From the NCBI RefSeq assembly GCF_006345805.1, contig NW_021827358.1, forward strand, positions 1 to 10,631: a stretch of DNA of 10,631 nt, in the 5' to 3' direction. This DNA comes from Octopus sinensis. Its lineage: Eukaryota. Every line of letters starts with the position of its first letter. The stretch's first letter is position 1. Below are positions 1-9,034 of this stretch, piece after piece. The translations under genes and the position numbers were made by a program. The notes beneath the pieces were generated by a model. The model was given only the letters and a program-made list of their open reading frames with translations. It searched no databases and was not told where the DNA came from.

Positions 1-546
1 GGCGCGAGTAAAAACGAATAATACAAAAGCATGAACCTACGAAATTCTATCACACACTCACACATGCACACACACACATGTACACACATACGCGCATGTA
101 AACGCACATACGCACGTACACAGTTTTCACGCAGATACACACATGCCGATACACCACCAACGCGTTCGAATTCCTTTGTTCTGGACACCCACGCTCTGTA
201 CATTTTCACTTTTTTGTCTGTGCATCACTCTTGCCTTTTATCTAACCACCCACACTTAAGATCAACGAACCAATCATGCTCCATCGCTATTCAATAAGCA
301 ATAAAACGAATTCCCCTTTTAAATTGTGGTGACAAATATGTTTCGCACGATTCATTTCTGATATAGAGCACTTGAGGCACTAGATGTAGCGTTAAAAACA
401 TTGTTTTTCTTCGCATGCTTTGACTGAGTTGCGTGAACTGGTTTCATCTACATATATTACATACATTGTTCATTATACATACACTTCCTCGAAATCACAC
501 ACACTTTCAAAAACTTCCACACACTTCCACATAGTCATACATACAA

Positions 547-904
<358 letters not shown>

Positions 905-1089
905 TGTTTTTTATGCGTGTCTGAGTGATATGGTCGCAAACAGATATCGGAGGATTCAGTATTAATAAAAGAATGTGTATGTGTGAGTATGTGTGAGTAT
1001 GTGTGTTTGTGAGAAGGCAGACATATACATGTATAATTCTGTATATAGCATATCATATGTGTATATAGATATGTGTGCTTAAATATGTA

Positions 1090-1322
1090 CATATACCTAT
1101 ATATATATATATATATATATATCTATATATATATATATATCTATATATACATACATACATACATACATACATACATAATACATACATACATACATACATA
1201 CATGCATACATACATACATACATACATACATACATTTATACATTACATACATACTTACATACATGCATGCATGCATGCATGCATGCATACATACATACAT
1301 ACGTACATACATACATACACAC
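1090..1322. repeat. Compound (TA)n + (CATA)n/(CATG)n microsatellite
   Basis: Directly visible tandem di- and tetranucleotide repeats. Confidence 0.95.
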
Positions 1323-1433
1323 AAATAGAAAAACTCAGAACATGAATATATTTTTATCTAATTGACAGAAGTTACAATGTGACTCAAGGGTTTACTGTTT
1401 CGTGCGTTGGCATGATATTTGTACATGTGGACG

Positions 1434-1643
1434 CATATATATATATGTATGTGTGTGTGTCTATATATACATACATACATATAAGTATGTGCATATATAT
1501 ATATATATATATATACACATACATACATACATAAATACATACATGCACACATACATACATACATACATACATACATACATACATACATACATACATACAT
1601 ACATGCATACATAGATACATACATACATACATACATACATACA

Positions 1644-1678
<35 letters not shown>

Positions 1679-1690
1679 GTGTGTATGTAA
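1434..1690. repeat. Compound (TA)n/(TG)n + (CATA)n microsatellite
   Basis: Directly visible tandem repeats. Confidence 0.95.
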
Positions 1691-1895
1691 TATATGAGCG
1701 CATGACAGTTTGACGAAGTGGCACATGTACCACTCCATTATAATCAGCTTCAAAAATTGCGTGACTTTTCACGTGAAATCTACAAATGTGGCACAAGCTG
1801 ACCGGTGCTGAAACAACAGTAACGAATAATGTAGATGCGCTGAACGCTTTCTTCATCTTAGTAACTGTATTGTAGATATACATATATATACATAT

Positions 1896-2277
1896 GGAAG
1901 CACTCCGTCGGTTACGACGACGAGGGTTCCGGTTGATCCGAATCAACGGAACAGCCTGCTCGTGAAATTAACGAGTAAGTGGCTGAGCACTCCACAGACA
2001 CGTGTACCCTTAACGTAGTTCTCGGGGATATTCAGCGTGACACAGAGAGTGACAAGGCCGGCCCTTTGAAATACAGTACAAGAGAAAAGGAAGTAAGAGT
2101 GAGAGAAAGTTGTGGTGAAAGAGTACAGCAAGGATCACCACCATCCCTGCCGGAGCCTCGTGGAGCTTTTAGGTGTTTTCGCTCAATAAACACTCACAAC
2201 GCCTGGTCTGGGAATCGAAACCGCGATCCTACGACCGCGAGTCCGCTGCCCTAACCACTGGGCCATTGCGCCTCCAC
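1896..2277 (-). mobile_element. tRNA-derived SINE (family B), apparently full length
   Basis: Minus strand begins GTGGAGGCGCAATGGCCCAGTGGTTAGGGCAGCGGACTCGCGG...GGTTTCGATTCCC (A box TGGCCCAGTGG, B box GTTTCGATTCC). A ~300-nt non-tRNA body follows and ends in hairpins. Both flanks are ATATACATAT-like, a possible TSD in low-complexity DNA. Confidence 0.85.
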
Positions 2278-2300
2278 ATATACATATATACATATGCTAA

Positions 2301-2478
2301 GGCGACGAGCTGGCAGAAACGTTAGCATGCCGGGCGAAATACTGAGTTCAAATTTCGCCGAGGTCGACTTTACCTTTCATCCTTTCGGGGTCGATAAATT
2401 AATTACCAGTTACGCACTGGGGTCGATGTAATCGACTTAATCCCTTTGTCTGTCCTTGTTTGTCCCCTCTATGTTTGT
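2301..2478 (+). mobile_element. tRNA-derived SINE (family A) with a 29-nt internal deletion
   Basis: Near-identical to 10100-10337: head GGCGACGAGCTGGCAGAAACG, B box GTTCAAATT, core TTTCATCCTTTCGGGGTCGATAAATT. Lacks CTTAGCGGTATTTCGTCTGTCGCTACGTT. The 3' end is truncated where the RLE fragment starts. Confidence 0.92.
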
Positions 2479-2481
2479 CCC

Positions 2482-2733
2482 ATCAAAACCTCTCTTAAAT
2501 GTAAACATAACAGGCCGGATATTGTTGCTTGGGACAGAAGGGCAATGGTATGTACCATCATAGAGGTCAGCTGTCCTGCAGATATAAATATCTCTTTGAA
2601 CAACTATGGACAACTGCTTCGAAACCTCCAGCTTCTATATCCAGACTATGAATTCGTATTCATACCAATAATAATTGGAGCACTATGCTTTGTTAGTAAA
2701 TGCTTAAAGTTGAATCTGGATAAACTGGGATTT
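2482..2733 (+). pseudogene. Restriction-like endonuclease (RLE, PD-(D/E)XK) fragment of an R2-superfamily non-LTR retrotransposon (R4/Dong/HERO-like)
   Basis: Translation NRPDIVAWDRRAMVCTIIEVSCPADINISL/NNYGQLLRNLQLLYPDYEFVFIPIIIGALCFVSKCL matches the RPD...(D/E)V.CP...K..KY..L...PI.IGALG pattern. The K-x2-EK segment before the Tyr is missing. Confidence 0.85.
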
Positions 2734-2789
2734 ATTTCGCCCAACGCGTACATCGCAACAGCTGATGTACTTGCGCGTACAAATGCACG

Positions 2790-2982
2790 TTCCCTCGGCT
2801 TTATCGATCGCATTCTCACCTGGAATCGATTTTTGCAATTTTTTTCAAGACTTATACTCGCCCTGATACCGTCGGTATCTACATATCAATTTTGAGCGCA
2901 ATCGGATAGAGGATGCCCGAGATCCTAGAAGACACACACACAGACAGACAGAACGGATTTTATATAAATATAATATATATAA
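2790..2982 (-). mobile_element. Probable 5'-terminal fragment of a non-autonomous Helitron
   Basis: CAATTTTGAGCGCAATCGGATAG...ACACACACAGACAGACAGAACGGATTTTATATA has the same layout as the end of the complete Helitron at 6360-6458 (GACAGACAC...TTTTATATATATAGA). No CTAG/hairpin 3' end is visible and the boundaries are approximate. Confidence 0.45.
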
Positions 2983-3026
2983 TGATAAATCTCAGAGCGA
3001 GTTATAAACAGTAGCGGTAACACATC

Positions 3027-3317
3027 GTGACGCATATTTGCCATTTGAATATGGCTAACCCCTAAGGGTGGATGCTACTGTAGTTTGTAGCCCCAGGAAG
3101 ATATCTCCTCCAGCTGGCTATAGACACACTATCTGTGTCCTCTCAGTATTTTTGAAGTATTTGTGAAGACGGGGAGGATGACTTCCCTTCACAAATACTG
3201 AGAGGACACAGATAGTGTGTCTATAGCCAGCTGGAGGAGATGTCTTCCTGGGGCTACAAACTACAGTAGCATCCACCCTTAGGGGTTAGCCATATTCAAA
3301 TGGCAAATATGCGTCAC
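3027..3317. repeat. 291-bp palindrome (fold-back or MITE-like): 131-bp arms, 29-bp spacer
   Basis: 3027-3157 is the reverse complement of 3187-3317 with two mismatches (3102/3242 and 3152/3192). No clean TSD. Confidence 0.97.
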
Positions 3318-3967
3318 TATATATATATATATAAACCGAAAACTATAAAAGTTACGGAAGTTTCAACACCGGAAAGCTCTTCATTGAATAAATACAACGT
3401 TGATGATATATTTACGATGATGTTCCTATATCTGCATCACCCCTGTATTTCTTGAGAAAGCATTGCAATATGGAATTGTCCAGGTGCAAATAAATCAATT
3501 GGCAGGAACAGGTCAATTTTAACCAATGCTCATTGTCTTAAAGATTTATTGATTGTCACTGCGAAAGACACTTAAGCTTCTACACGATGGAAGCGTGTAA
3601 TGGCAAAATGGTAGAACGGTGTCGGAAGTTGTCAATTTAATTCTTGGCACTACCACATGATTCCCACAATGTACAGCTTCAGTAATATACAGCTTCAGTC
3701 ATACATTCCTGTAAACGAGTCGCAGGAATTCTTGAACCGTTTCGAGGTTCGTTATTGGTATTTAAATTTCGCAGCAGCATCACGACATCATCCCATTCTC
3801 ATTTGCTTCCGATCTCGTTGGAATTCTGCAATTGTCACCTTTTCTTCGTCTTTTCCGCCTTTAGTTTCTTCCCTCTCTGTTCGGTTGTTATATCGATCAC
3901 GTCGTTGGCTGATCGGTACTCGTATTTATTTTTTCGTTCCGATCCTATCATCTTTTTTTATCCACAA

Positions 3968-3980
3968 TGTGTGTGTGTGT

Positions 3981-4014
<34 letters not shown>

Positions 4015-4018
4015 TGTG
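3968..4018. repeat. (GT)n microsatellite
   Basis: Directly visible. Confidence 0.95.
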
Positions 4019-4073
4019 CAACGAGCTTGTGTACTACTTTCAACCAAGATGCAGTTGAAAACAGAAACAGATA

Positions 4074-4236
4074 TAATAATAGTAATAATAATCCTTTCTT
4101 CTATAGGCACAAGGCTTGAAATTGGGAGAGGAAATAGTCGACTACATCGACTCCAGTACGACCTCGAAAGGATGAAAGTCAAAGTCGACCTCGGAGGAAT
4201 ATAAACTCAGAGCGATGGACGGCCAGCCGCTAAGCA
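4074..4236 (-). mobile_element. Family A SINE, 5'-truncated and internally deleted, with (ATT)n tail
   Basis: Minus strand reads TGCTTAGCGG...CTGAGTTTATATTCCTCCGAGGTCGACTTTGACTTTCATCCTTTCGAGGTCG...GTCGATGTAGTCGACT...GCCTTGTGCCTATAGAAGAAAGGATTATTATT. Confidence 0.85.
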
Positions 4237-5482
4237 CCACCAGGGCAAAGGATGAGGGATATAATACAAAGACAAAGTGTGACAGGGGGCTTACATATAA
4301 TGAAATGATAGAGAAAAGGATGAAAGTATACATGATATAGAATAAAATAAAGGAAAAGTGTACATAGTATACGACAGTAAAAAAGGGACGATTGTAATGT
4401 TGTCCACCTGATTCAGGAGGACCTCTACGGATAATCGAGGAATTCCACCGTCCAAGATCTCCCTGAACTCCAAGGACAAGTGTCCTCTCCAATTCCTCTT
4501 CTCTGATCCACAGGTCTACACTTATAGTGGTACCATCCACTCTTGCCATTTTCGCAACTTTCATCCATGTTTCACTAAGTTCACTAGAGGACAACCCGTC
4601 TCTCTCCACCTTCAGTTTTCTTTTCAAGTGAAGCTCGAAAAAACTGATGAGGCCTCTACCATGGAGGAATGTCTCTGTTATCTTTTCTCCTCAGCTTCTT
4701 CCACCCGACAACCTATTTCGCCACAGTCACCAAGCAAAGAAAAAACTACTTTATCTGAACGAGTGCGTGCAGAAGTTTGGTCGCTTGCGCGCACCTTAGA
4801 CAAGCTCTTCTGGCAGTATATACATGCCTGTAGAGCTAATTTGAAACGTTAACGCCTCATGTAGCACTGCCAGGCCAAGGACATCCGAAAATTATCCATG
4901 ATGGTTCCTGACGGGAAAGTCCTTCGGATCAGACTAGCCAGCTCATTTTCGTCGACTCCCAGAGTCCCCTCGTAAGCGTCGTCGCACTTTCACGCCACTA
5001 ATTCTCTATAAACGCATTACTAAAGCGGAACTGAACATCCACCGAACACATTGTCTGACTGGTAGTGGGCTGTGGGCGCCTGTGGCATTCTAGATGCCAG
5101 ATGCCGAGTCTCGGTCTTTTCTTCGCCCAAGACTGCAGCTCGGCCGAGGAGACGATTTGCGGAAAGACGTACCTCACAAACGAATCCCATACACGCTCGC
5201 CTTCCAGAAATCGTTGCAGGTGGCACAACCTGAGTACATGCCTGTGTGTCAGAAGCCGTGGTATGCCTAATCCGCCACTCAGAGGGTGCTGGCAGGAGAT
5301 TGCCCGCTGACCGCTGGAACGTGTATCTTCCCCAAGGAGTAAAATAAGAGACGCTCCAATCTGGTCAAGCAGTAACCGGGGCAAGGCACGACTGTCAGAC
5401 AATAAATCATAACTGAGGCGATGTAGGCATTGACCACCTTTTCCCGACCTTTCAGGGATAGCTTTCTCACAGCGCATTTCTG
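4237..5482 (-). mobile_element. L1/Tx1-clade LINE 3' fragment (post-RT region of ORF2, zinc knuckle, 3' UTR); degenerate
   Basis: Frameshifted minus-strand pieces: RKLSLKGREKVVNAYIASVMIY..., CQHPLSGGLGIP (GGLG motif), LAWQCY, RACLRCAQ..LHALVQ (CCHC-type knuckle) and ETFLHGRGLISFFELHLKRKLKVER...WMKVAKMARV. A T-rich UTR follows. Multiple stops and frameshifts. Confidence 0.88.
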
Positions 5483-5695
5483 AATAGTTCCTTCCTAGTG
5501 TATGCACAAGGCCTGAAATTTGAGGGGAGGAGGGTACCCAATTACATCGACTCTAGTGCTCGATTGGTACTTATTTTATCAACCCCAAGAGGAAGAAAGG
5601 CAAAGTCAGGCTCGGCGGAGTTTGAACACAGAACGTAAAGACGGACGAAATACCGCTAAGCATCATGTCCGGCGTGCTAACAGTTCTGCCAGCTC
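5483..5695 (-). mobile_element. Family A SINE, near full length, diverged
   Basis: Minus strand reads GAGCTGGCAGAACTGTTAGCACGCCGG...GCTTAGCGGTATTTCG...GTTCAAACTCCGCCGAG...GATAAAATAAGTACC...GGCCTTGTGC. Confidence 0.88.
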
Positions 5696-5901
5696 ATAAT
5701 GATGGTTTCAAATTTTGGCACAAGGCCAGCAATTTCGGAGGAGGAGCAAATCGATTATATAGACACCCCAGTGCTCAACTGGTACTTAATATATTTACCC
5801 CGAAAGTATGAAACGTAAAGTCGACCTCGACGGAATTTGAACTCAGACTGACGAAATAGCAATAAACATTTTTGTCCGGCGTGCTAACAATTCTGCCAGT
5901 T
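5696..5901 (-). mobile_element. Family A SINE, diverged, directly abutting the 5483-5695 copy
   Basis: Minus strand reads CTGGCAGAATTGTTAGCACGCCGG...GAGTTCAAATTCCGTCGAGGTCGAC...GGCCTTGTGCCAAAATTTGAAACCATCATTAT. Confidence 0.88.
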
Positions 5902-5949
5902 GGTAATGATAAAAATACTGTGGTGTCAAGTATTTTTTTTTATTTACAA

Positions 5950-6458
5950 CTAGCAGTATCGCCCGGCGTTGCTCGGGTTTGTAAGGGAAATAACTATATA
6001 AGCATTTTTAGAGAGTTACTTCCCTTATAGATGCCAATTCGGGCTTTCTTAGCCATTTCTGTTTTGGTGTCTTCAAGCCATGAAGTCGTTGTTCTAAAAG
6101 AACGCTGGTCTCCTTGACAACGCTTTACGACGTTGATTTCCTTACACTCCCTTCCCCACAGCTTCACGAGGGAGGGAAGAAGGGGGAGAAGCAACACAGG
6201 TGCATGTGTGACCATGGACGCCAACTCCTCCGCCATCGACACACGAAAAAATTAAAATGGAATAAAAAAATGATGTTAAATTATTTTTAAAATCGTAGAC
6301 TCATCGTAGACGCGCGCTAATAGCCAGACGGGCTTGATATGAATCACGACTATAAGATACCCGAATTTGTTTAAACTGCACCGCAAAATGTGCGAGTAGT
6401 TAGGAATCTAAATCGAAGGGGACAGACACTCACACAACTACAGTTTTATATATATAGA
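5950..6458 (-). mobile_element. Complete non-autonomous Helitron (509 bp)
   Basis: The minus strand starts 5'-TC(TATATATATAAAA) at 6458 and ends CTAG-3' at 5950. A GC-rich hairpin CCCGAGCAACGCCGGG (5962-5977) lies 8 nt upstream of the CTAG. The element sits between A and T with no TSD. These are the canonical Helitron hallmarks. Confidence 0.9.
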
Positions 6459-7012
6459 TTACTGAGCAAGAGTTGAGATCAACGTGGTCACTCTATGCAT
6501 CCTTGCATAGGTATATAACCAAGCTACACGCTCTACAATTTTCAGGCATTGAGTGGGAAAACCCAAGGATCGAACTGAGTATGAAAATTATCGACAAACT
6601 CTATAAGAACACAAGCGAAATTGCCAATATGATAATTTCGGTAATTCCTGTTCTCTCTCGAGATCCATTTGTTAAATTTCAAACACATACTTAAAAGTCG
6701 GATATTTCTGGCCATTATTAATAGCTAGCTTATTTTCCGTCCTGCTAAGATGCCAGAAAGCTTATCAAAAGGTAAATGGCTGTATTTCGATTTCTTCATC
6801 TCTTGCTGTCGTTTACACCTGGAGAGATTCTTGAAGAGGTAATCAAATCATTGTCAAATCACGTCCGGAAAATTAGAGAGAAAATTCTCTGTGAAGAATT
6901 TGTGCAATTTACATAATTATTTGAAAACTGATTTGGCTTCTCGTATTGGCACCAAACATGTTATAGATTTACCATTTCAGAAATGGTAATTGTTCATCGA
7001 TCATCTTATCGA

Positions 7013-7260
7013 TCTTTTACTTGTTTCGGTCCATTCGACTGTGGCCATACTGGGGCATTGCCTTGAAGGGTCTTCGACAAAGAAATTGTTAGCTGTACTT
7101 ATGTTTTTTTTTTTTTTTTTTTAAAGTCTGACTGTTATTCTGTCGATCTCTTATGCTGAACTGCTATGATACGGAGACGTGAACAAACCAACACAGGTTG
7201 TCAAGTGATGGTGGGGAACGAACAAAAAACAGATACACATAGAGATGCATAAACACACAC
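7013..7260 (-). mobile_element. 3' half of a CORE-SINE (OR2-like), diverged
   Basis: Similar to 7826-8020 (TTTTACTTGTTTC.GTC...TGCGGCC, ...GACGT.AACA.ACCA.CA..GGTTGTCAAG). Confidence 0.8.
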
Positions 7261-7308
7261 ACATATATATACATACACATACATACATACATACATACAT
7301 ACATACAT

Positions 7309-7347
<39 letters not shown>
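7252..7347. repeat. (CA)n/(CATA)n/(TA)n microsatellite
   Basis: Directly visible. It lies where the CORE-SINE internal microsatellite is expected. Confidence 0.93.
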
Positions 7348-7349
<2 letters not shown>

Positions 7350-7796
7350 CACTTTCACTTTGATCACTTTGACCGACCAGTCCGTCAGGCGTCCATTTGA
7401 CACCGCTGGTCACAGCACGCTGTCCACTCCTCTCTGGATCGCGCCTTTCTCATCCACGTGATCCCAATCGTCCTCCTGAAATCGTAATTCTACCGTCGTG
7501 GAGGTCTTCCGGGTGGTCTTTTCCGCTCGCGCGGGTACCACTCGACAGCTGCGTGCGTCCACCGATTATCGGTGAGCCGGGCGACGTGTCCAGCCCATCT
7601 ATACTTGCTGCGTGTATACTCTGCGATGACATCTCTCACGCCGGACTTCTTTCTGATGGTCTTGCTACTTATGTGCTCTCTCAACGAGATACCAAGCATT
7701 GACCTTTCCATGGCTCTTTGAGCCGTTACCAGTCTTTGCTCTCCTCTGTTTGTGGCAGCCCATGTTTCACTACCATATAACATTGCAGAAGAACTG

Positions 7797-7798
<2 letters not shown>
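7348..7798 (-). mobile_element. RTE-clade LINE, 5'-truncated 3' end
   Basis: AMLYGSETWA...RLVTAQRAMERSMLGISLREHI....IRKKSGVRDVI....RSKYRWAGHVARLTDNRWT....EWYPRERKRPPGRPPRR is a typical RTE ORF C-terminus. A premature TAG (probably from TGG) at 7490-7492 is in frame with the likely native TGA at 7385-7387. A very short UTR and (AAGTGA/AAGTGATC)-type tail follow. Confidence 0.93.
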
Positions 7799-7825
<27 letters not shown>

Positions 7826-7827
<2 letters not shown>

Positions 7828-8204
7828 CTCTTTTCTCTTTTACTCTTTTACTTGTTTCAGTCATTTGACTGCGGCCAAATCGACCTCGGGACTTATTCTT
7901 TGTAAGCCCAGTACTTATTCTATCGGTCTCTTTTGCCGAACCGCTAAGTGACGGGGACGTAAACACACCAGCATCGGTTGTCAAGCAATGCTAGGGGGAC
8001 AAACACAGACACACAAACACATATATATATATATACATATATACGACAGGCTTCTTTCAGTTTCCGTCTACCAATCCACTCACAAGGCATTGGTCGGCCC
8101 GGGGCTATAGCAGAAGACACTTGCCCAGATGCCGCGCAGTGGGACTGAACCCGGAACCATGTGGTTGGTTAGCACGCTACTTACCACACAGCCACTCCTG
8201 CACC
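7826..8204 (-). mobile_element. Full-length CORE-SINE (OR2-like): tRNA head, CORE, internal (TA/TG)n, 3' half, (GAGTAAAA)-type tail
   Basis: Head GGTGCAGGAGTGGCTGTGTGGTAAG (A box)...GGGTTCAGTCCC (B box), then CTGGGCAAGTGTCTT resembling the MIR/CORE motif CCTTGGGCAAGTCACTT. The OR2 name comes from recall of octopus SINEs. Confidence 0.88.
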
Positions 8205-8393
8205 TATATATATATATATTATAGATATATATATATATATATAATATATATATCTAAGGAGATAAATAAAAATATATGCATACATACAAACATATATGTA
8301 CGTACCTACATCTACATGTATATATACATGCATATATAAATAATTATACGGGAGTATATATATATATATATATATATATCTATATATATATAT
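8205..8393. repeat. TA-rich low-complexity tract
   Basis: Interrupted (TA)n and CATA units. Confidence 0.9.
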
Positions 8394-8552
8394 ACGACGA
8401 GCGTCTTCCAGTTTCCGTTTACTAAATCCATCCACAAGGCTTTGGTTGGTCCGGGACTATAGTAGAAAACACTTGCCCAAGGTACCGCATCGTGGAACTG
8501 AACTCGGAACCACATGGATGGGAAGCAACCTTTTTTGTCCACACAGCCACGC
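8394..8552 (-). mobile_element. 5' half (tRNA head + CORE) of a CORE-SINE, diverged
   Basis: Aligns with 8043-8204: GCGTGGCTGTGTGG...GGTTCCGAGTTCAGTTCC...ACCTTGGGCAAGTGTTTTCTACTATAG. Confidence 0.9.
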
Positions 8553-8672
8553 TTATGAAGACCTGTTTTTTTTTTTTTCTTTCTGAAATCTAGGAAAATA
8601 TGCGTTGCTGCAGCTTTTTGTCGCTCATGGTAACCATCTGCGGGTGTGTTTTTGTGGGGTAGCTTGTACATA

Positions 8673-8824
8673 TCTTTTATTTATTTACTTGTTTCATTCA
8701 CTGGACAGTAGCCATGCTGGTGCACCTCCTTAAAGGATTTAATCAAATAATCGCACCAAGTCCCACTTTTTACGCCCACTACTTGTTTTATTCGTCACAT
8801 TTAAGTTACTGAGACGTAGGTTGT
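8673..8824 (-). mobile_element. 3' half of a CORE-SINE, strongly diverged
   Basis: TTTACTTGTTTCATTCACTGGACAGTAGCCATGCTGG...TAAGTTACTGAGACGT resembles 7013-7200 and 7845-7980. Confidence 0.7.
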
Positions 8825-8825
8825 A

Positions 8826-8952
8826 TGTGTGTGTGTGTGTGTGTGTGCGAGTGTCCCCGCTTTTCTGTTTGCGTCTGTAACGCCCCCACCACCACTGCCT
8901 GATGACCGGTGTTAGCTTATTTACGTCCCAGCAACGATAGAATAAATACCAG
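8826..8952 (+). mobile_element. CORE-SINE 3'-half fragment in the opposite orientation
   Basis: (GT)n then CCCCCACCACC...ACCGGTGTTAG..TTTACGTCCC...CGATAGAATAAATACC, a reverse-complement match to about 7910-8000. Confidence 0.7.
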
Positions 8953-8979
8953 AAACTAGTAAAACATAAAATATATAAG

Positions 8980-9010
<31 letters not shown>

Positions 9011-9034
9011 ACACACACATATGCATGTATATAT

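Noticed and set aside
377-391. GCACTAGATGTAGCG, loosely similar to a CTCF-type CCACTAGATGGCGC motif
   Set aside because: Mismatches in the core and a single short hit; not supportable without ChIP data.
2205-2277. tRNA-like sequence as a true tRNA gene (also the heads near 8130-8204 and 10100-10185)
   Set aside because: A and B boxes are present, but there is no complete cloverleaf or acceptor stem, and each continues into a repeated SINE body.
3345-3386. Minus-strand ATGAAGAGC-tttccggt-GTT-GAAAC resembling a Penelope-type minimal hammerhead
   Set aside because: The core CUGANGA is broken (AUGAAGA) and I found no stem I/III partners; at best a decayed relic.
3657-4204. ORFs of 133 and 149 aa
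   Set aside because: They run through a (GT)n tract and antisense SINE; no recognisable domain.
4645-4672. CTGATGAG followed by a CCTC/GAGG stem (hammerhead-like); also CTGATGA near 8899
   Set aside because: No GAAA after the stem. The sequences are the antisense of Tx1 coding sequence and a mutated SINE body.
8553-8671. Minus-strand peptide ...THIFLDFRKKKK resembling the RT motif IFLDFxKAFD
   Set aside because: Only about 7 residues match, the motif ends in a poly(A) run and the upstream sequence is not RT-like.
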